A DNA stretch of 64,000 nucleotides from Candidatus Multivoradales bacterium (GTDB taxonomy: Bacteria > Acidobacteriota > Thermoanaerobaculia > Multivoradales > Multivoraceae), in the NCBI GenBank assembly GCA_965223325.1, contig CBDCWI010000001.1, forward strand, positions 864,001 through 928,000. Reading direction: 5' to 3'. This document shows, piece by piece, positions 59,702 to 64,000 of the stretch; position 1 is the first letter of the stretch, and each line of letters begins with the position of its first letter. Below the pieces are notes generated by a model that was not told the DNA's origin, did no database searches, and saw nothing but the letters and a program-made list of their open reading frames with translations. The translations under genes were made by a program, and so were the position numbers.

Positions 59702-60274
59702 ATGCCTCAATCACGACCAAACGCCGCGACCAGCCCCGCCGATCCCGTCCAAGCAGATCGAGCTGTAGAAGATCGAGCTCTAGCGGAGTGCGTTCGCAAG
59801 CTGGCGCCACGCCTTCTGCGCTACTGCCGGGGACGGCTCAAGCGCACCGCCGACGCCGAAGAACTCGCCCAGGAAACCCTGTGTGCGCTCGTCGAACGTT
59901 GGCGACGGCTCGGCCCACCCGAGAACCCAGAAGCCTTCGTGTTCGTCATCGCCCGCCGACGCGCTGCAAGAGTCGCCGTCAAGGCGGCGCTCCTGCAGCC
60001 GCTCGAGCTCCTTGGCGATCGACCGAGCCGGCACCCTCTACCCGACGACCAGGCCGAGGCCGAAGAAGCACTGGGCCATCTGCGTCGCGAGCTGGCGCGG
60101 CTACCGAGTCGCGAACGCGAGGCGATGCTCCTGGTCTTCGGCGCTGGCCTCGACCATGACGCTGCCGCCGCCGCCCTCGGCATCGGTCGCTCTGCCTTGA
60201 AGATGCGAATCCACCGGGCGAAGAAGCGCCTGGCCAACCGATTGGAGCCAATCCATGACCCCGCACGACCCTGA
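59702..60274 (+). CDS. ECF RNA polymerase sigma-70 factor
   Basis: Region 2 DAEELAQE..FVFVIARR; region 4 LP.REREA...AALGI...LKMRIHRA. Confidence 0.9.
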   Translation: MPQSRPNAATSPADPVQADRAVEDRALAECVRKLAPRLLRYCRGRLKRTADAEELAQETLCALVERWRRLGPPENPEAFVFVIARRRAARVAVKAALLQPLELLGDRPSRHPLPDDQAEAEEALGHLRRELARLPSREREAMLLVFGAGLDHDAAAAALGIGRSALKMRIHRAKKRLANRLEPIHDPARP

Positions 60275-60659
60275 AGAACAGCGCCCGGAAGGTCGCGCTG
60301 CCCTCCTCGACTTCGAAGCCCTCGATGCGAGTCCTGCCGCGGTCGAGCGCATCGTCCGCCGCGCGCTCTCGGGTAAGAGGCGCCGCACGATCAGCGTTCC
60401 TGCTCTGGTGACGGTCGCTGTCGCTGCGCTAGTACTCCTGGCCGTGGCGCTCTCCTCGCGCCCGCCCGGCGACTCGCGTCCCGCTAGCCGAGCGACCGAA
60501 GCTCTAGCCGCTGGCGAAGCCCGGCCACCCACGGTTGAGCAGCCTCAGTTCACGATCTCCAACGAGAGTGGGCCAATCCTGGTCATGGAGGGCGACCGCG
60601 TCACCGCCGTCATTCATACCGCAGCGAGAGCGACCCCTGCCCAGTCGAGGCGCCAGTAG
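60255..60659 (+). CDS. Small single-pass membrane protein, candidate anti-sigma factor
   Basis: Overlaps the sigma stop codon; one TM helix VPALVTVAVAALVLLAVAL. Confidence 0.6.
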   Translation: MTPHDPEEQRPEGRAALLDFEALDASPAAVERIVRRALSGKRRRTISVPALVTVAVAALVLLAVALSSRPPGDSRPASRATEALAAGEARPPTVEQPQFTISNESGPILVMEGDRVTAVIHTAARATPAQSRRQ

Positions 60660-60718
60660 CCCGCGCGTTTGGCCAACCGAGCGTTTCGTCGCCACAGAAA
60701 CCACCCAAGGATCACTTC

Positions 60719-62131
60719 ATGAAAACCGCCGCCCGTCGTACCTTCGTCGCCCTGGTTGCTAGCACCCTTGTCCTGCCGCTCGTCTTGAGCAGCCCTCTTA
60801 TCGCACAGCCAGAGGGTGCGGGCTCGAGCGACCAGAAAGCGCCGCCACATCGCCAGCTTCTCGACCTGAGTCTCGCGGACGCTCCCCTTCGCGTCGTACT
60901 GACGAGCTTTGCGCGCATCATGGAGCTCGAGCTCGACACCAGCGCAGCACCCGCCGACGCCCTTGCCAAGGATCTGACCGTAAGCTGGAGCCAGGTGCCA
61001 GCCGAGGACGCGCTGCGGCAGGTTCTCGAGCCACGCGGGCTCGAGGCCGAACGTACCGACACTCTCCTCGTCATTCGACCGCTCAGCAACCTACGCTTCA
61101 CCGGCGAACCTGTTTCCATGAGCCTTCGCGATGCCGAGCTGGGTGAGGTCGCCGCGTCGATGGCGAGGCTCTCAGGACTCGAGTTCGACTCGAGCCGTGT
61201 ACCGCCGGAGTTTCTCGAGAGCCCGGTCACCGCCGAACTCGATCGAGTGCCATGGGATCAGGCTCTCCATCAACTGCTCAAGGTCAGAAACCTCAGCTAC
61301 GAACGCCAGGGCGACACGGTGGTCCTCTATCCGAGCGGCAACGGGGGCTCGACCGGGTTGCAGCTGACCCCTGACCCCGAAACCGATCTCATCGATCTCG
61401 ACCTCCTGAACGCCCCGGTCGAAGAAGTCCTGCGAGGCTTCGCTGATCTCGCTGAAGCTGCCTTCGCCTTTGACCTTCCCGAGCCTCGGACCATCACCAT
61501 TCGTCTCAACCAGGTCCACTGGAGTACTGCCTTTACCGCGGTCTGCGAAAGTGTCGGATGCAACTGGGCGCTGGTCGCCGACTCCCGCGGGCACCGGCTG
61601 CTGCGCATCGCACCTGCAGCGCACGAAGGAGATGGCTACCTCGATGTCGACCTCGCTGGCGCCGCCGCCGAAACCGTGCTCGGCTCCATCGTCTCCGCAC
61701 GTGGTCTCGGGCGTGTCGGGGGCGCAGCGCTCGAGGGCGAGGTCAGCTGGCACCTCGAAGGTGTCCACTGGTCGACCCTGCTCGACGCGCTGTGTGACGC
61801 CCGCGCCTGCACCTGGACGGTGACTAACGACGAGCCTCGCTCCCTCGAGCTCACCACCCGCCAGGAGACGCGAGAGGCGAGGCCGCTCGGAGAACTCGAC
61901 ACACCCGTCGACCTGTCGCTCGCCGAGGCTCCAGTGCTCAGCGTGTTGACCGCCTTCGCATCGGTCCTCGGGGCTCGGCTGGACGGTAATGCGCCCGCCG
62001 GCACCTGGTCGGGGGAACTCGAGAGCGTGCCCGTTCAAACGGCTCTCGACGAGGTCTGCGAACAGACCAGCTGTCAATGGGAACTCCAGCTCGGCGACGC
62101 CGGGCGAGTACTCCTGGTGCACACCGACTAG
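60719..62131 (+). CDS. Secreted protein of five tandem STN/secretin-N0-like domains
   Basis: Signal peptide; five units of DLSL.DA....VL..FA ... V.W..AL; unit 2 resembles PilQ N0 (FTGEPVSMSLRDA...VPWDQAL); no barrel domain. Confidence 0.75.
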   Translation: MKTAARRTFVALVASTLVLPLVLSSPLIAQPEGAGSSDQKAPPHRQLLDLSLADAPLRVVLTSFARIMELELDTSAAPADALAKDLTVSWSQVPAEDALRQVLEPRGLEAERTDTLLVIRPLSNLRFTGEPVSMSLRDAELGEVAASMARLSGLEFDSSRVPPEFLESPVTAELDRVPWDQALHQLLKVRNLSYERQGDTVVLYPSGNGGSTGLQLTPDPETDLIDLDLLNAPVEEVLRGFADLAEAAFAFDLPEPRTITIRLNQVHWSTAFTAVCESVGCNWALVADSRGHRLLRIAPAAHEGDGYLDVDLAGAAAETVLGSIVSARGLGRVGGAALEGEVSWHLEGVHWSTLLDALCDARACTWTVTNDEPRSLELTTRQETREARPLGELDTPVDLSLAEAPVLSVLTAFASVLGARLDGNAPAGTWSGELESVPVQTALDEVCEQTSCQWELQLGDAGRVLLVHTD

Positions 62132-62160
62132 CCCACCGGTTGCACGACACCAAGGCTTTG

Positions 62161-63270
62161 CTAGGGCCGCACCTCGTAGTAGAGGTTGCTCGGGTCGTCG
62201 AAGTCGTGCATCTGGAAGCGCGTAAAGCCGCCCTCTTTTGTCATTCGTTCGGCGACTTCGGGATTGAAGCCCAAGGTACCGAGGCCAAGTCCATCCGGCT
62301 CGGACATCGCCGACGACATGCAGGCGCTGACCGAGAAACCGTAGAGCAATGCCAACATCGGGTTACGCAGGTTACGCTTGAACGTTGGATGGCTGCGGAT
62401 GTCCTTGATCAGCCAGGTGCCATCGTCTTTGAGAGCCTTCCTGATCGAACGGATCACGATGTCGGGTCGGGTCATGTCGTGGACGCAGTCGAAGGTGATG
62501 ACAAAGTCGTAGGTGGGCTCGCTCGGCAGATCCTCACCGCGCCGCGTAAAGACCTCGACGTTTGTGAGCCCCTCGGCCTTCATCCGCGCACGGGCGCGCT
62601 CGATGGCGTGGTTCGACGGGTCGTAACCGTGAAACGTCGACGCCGGGAACTCGCGTGCCAGTGCTTCGAGCGCAATGCCCCCACCACAACCGACATCGAC
62701 CACCGTCGCACCGGCACGCAGCTTATCGGTCACTCCGTCGAGCGCTGGCAGAATCGTCGGCACGAAGGCCAGGCGCGTCCAGGGACCGAGCATCCGCTCG
62801 GTGCGATGGGCAGCGCACGGGCCGAGCTCTTCGTAGCTCAGACCGATACCGGTCTCGAAGGCTGCCGCCAGCTTGTCGATCACACCAGGCTCGGGTGGAT
62901 AACCGAAAGCTCCGCAGGCGAAGAACAGGCTGTCACCTTCGTTGGCCAGAACTTCGGCCTGGACCGGCGTGAGTTCAAAGCGGTCGACCCCCTGGTCGTC
63001 GGTCCCGTGAAACTCCACCAGCCGAGCGGCCGCCTGACCGCGAATCCACTCGAGCACCCAACGCTCGTGCAGGCCGGTCAGCAGAGCGAGCTCGGCCGCT
63101 GTCAGCGGACCCTTACCTGCCATCGCTCGATAGAGGCCCAAGCGATCACCGAGGTGCAGCATCAGCGACACCATCTCGCCCTGTTTGTAGTTCCACACCG
63201 CGAAGGAAAACTCACGAACCGCATCGTCGTCTAGAGCGTTCTGGTTGGCGGATGTCTTGTCGTCAGTCAT
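62161..63270 (-). CDS. Class I SAM-dependent methyltransferase with N-terminal wHTH (Rv2258c-like)
   Basis: LGDRLGLY, HERWVLEW, VDVGCGGG, FDCVHDM, GLGT. Confidence 0.88.
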   Translation of the reverse strand: MTDDKTSANQNALDDDAVREFSFAVWNYKQGEMVSLMLHLGDRLGLYRAMAGKGPLTAAELALLTGLHERWVLEWIRGQAAARLVEFHGTDDQGVDRFELTPVQAEVLANEGDSLFFACGAFGYPPEPGVIDKLAAAFETGIGLSYEELGPCAAHRTERMLGPWTRLAFVPTILPALDGVTDKLRAGATVVDVGCGGGIALEALAREFPASTFHGYDPSNHAIERARARMKAEGLTNVEVFTRRGEDLPSEPTYDFVITFDCVHDMTRPDIVIRSIRKALKDDGTWLIKDIRSHPTFKRNLRNPMLALLYGFSVSACMSSAMSEPDGLGLGTLGFNPEVAERMTKEGGFTRFQMHDFDDPSNLYYEVRP

Positions 63271-63306
63271 CGTAGGTGTCCTTAAGCGGTCAGTGGTTCC
63301 GAATCG

Positions 63307-63990
63307 TCAGGGTGCAAAGCTCGAGCGCGCCAGTACACCCCAGTGATCGCCTTCTAAGGTTGTGACGTAGAGCGACTCGTAGGTGGCGATCGGCTGGTCC
63401 TGGTCGTCGTAGCGCGTGAAGCTGACCGCGAAATGAACCTTCGAGGGATCCGCCTGCACCACCTCTACACGATCCCAGGCGGAGTGGTGCCAGCCGAACT
63501 GCTCGGCGAACTCTTCGAAGTCGAATCCTGGCAGGTAGTCGTCGCGGGTGGGTGCGTAGCGCACTTCGCCACTCGCCAGCCGCACGTGTGGGTAGTGCAG
63601 AGTGTCGCGCCAGGCTTCGAGATCGCGGGCGTTGAACGCCGTCATGAACCGATCAAGAGCAGCGCGCGCACCGTCGAGATCGATCTCTTCCTCGTCGGCG
63701 GCTGCGTTGGCGACAGGTGTCGCTGGCTGGGCCCGCGGAGCCAACGGGCCAGTCGCCGGGGCCGATTCGGCCGCAGCGGGGCCGTCGAAGTCCTGGGTAG
63801 TGAACCACATGAGAGACACCACTCCGACAACCAGCGCCGCACCGAGCACCACGAGAACCGGCATGCCGAGAAAACCGTGGCGCGACAGTCCACGGTGCCG
63901 GGGCCTGGATGCGGAGGCGAGGCGAGAAGACAAGCGCCACTCTTCAGCTGCGGTCTGGGCGGCTTCGTTGTCGGTGGGAGGATTCATCAT
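63307..63990 (-). CDS. Membrane-anchored NTF2/SnoaL-like protein
   Basis: TM helix then FMTAFNARD, LHYPHVR, KVH..V.FTRY, SLYVTT, WGVLARSSFA. Confidence 0.75.
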   Translation of the reverse strand: MMNPPTDNEAAQTAAEEWRLSSRLASASRPRHRGLSRHGFLGMPVLVVLGAALVVGVVSLMWFTTQDFDGPAAAESAPATGPLAPRAQPATPVANAAADEEEIDLDGARAALDRFMTAFNARDLEAWRDTLHYPHVRLASGEVRYAPTRDDYLPGFDFEEFAEQFGWHHSAWDRVEVVQADPSKVHFAVSFTRYDDQDQPIATYESLYVTTLEGDHWGVLARSSFAP

Positions 63991-64000
63991 CAGCGTCCTT

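Overview
A high-GC bacterial chromosomal window with about 44 plausible CDSs and no rRNA, tRNA or CRISPR-Cas locus that I can support. Acidobacteriota (probably Thermoanaerobaculia-like) is inferred from an orphan duplicated ABC permease, VWFA-related acidobacterial proteins and secreted proteins ending in a F/Y-A-D-x-F-E motif. Housekeeping and metabolic genes include dnaE, mog, a class II photolyase, acyl-CoA synthetases, two PlsC-type acyltransferases, a WS/DGAT, an RND pump, a frameshifted LonC-type protease and an asnB remnant. The main points of interest are: (1) a HUH/Y1 REP-associated tyrosine transposase-like gene flanked by five outward-facing hairpin repeats, three of them forming a short array of 36-bp units; (2) an ECF sigma factor, a small anti-sigma candidate and a secreted protein made only of five STN/N0 domains with no barrel; (3) a WS/DGAT fused to a histone-like Lys-rich tail; (4) three large secreted c-type heme proteins of unknown function, one HzsA-like; (5) a shared C-terminal DGFE-type motif on unrelated secreted proteins. 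All calls come from motif recognition by eye, no searches were run, and several start codons are my choice among alternatives.
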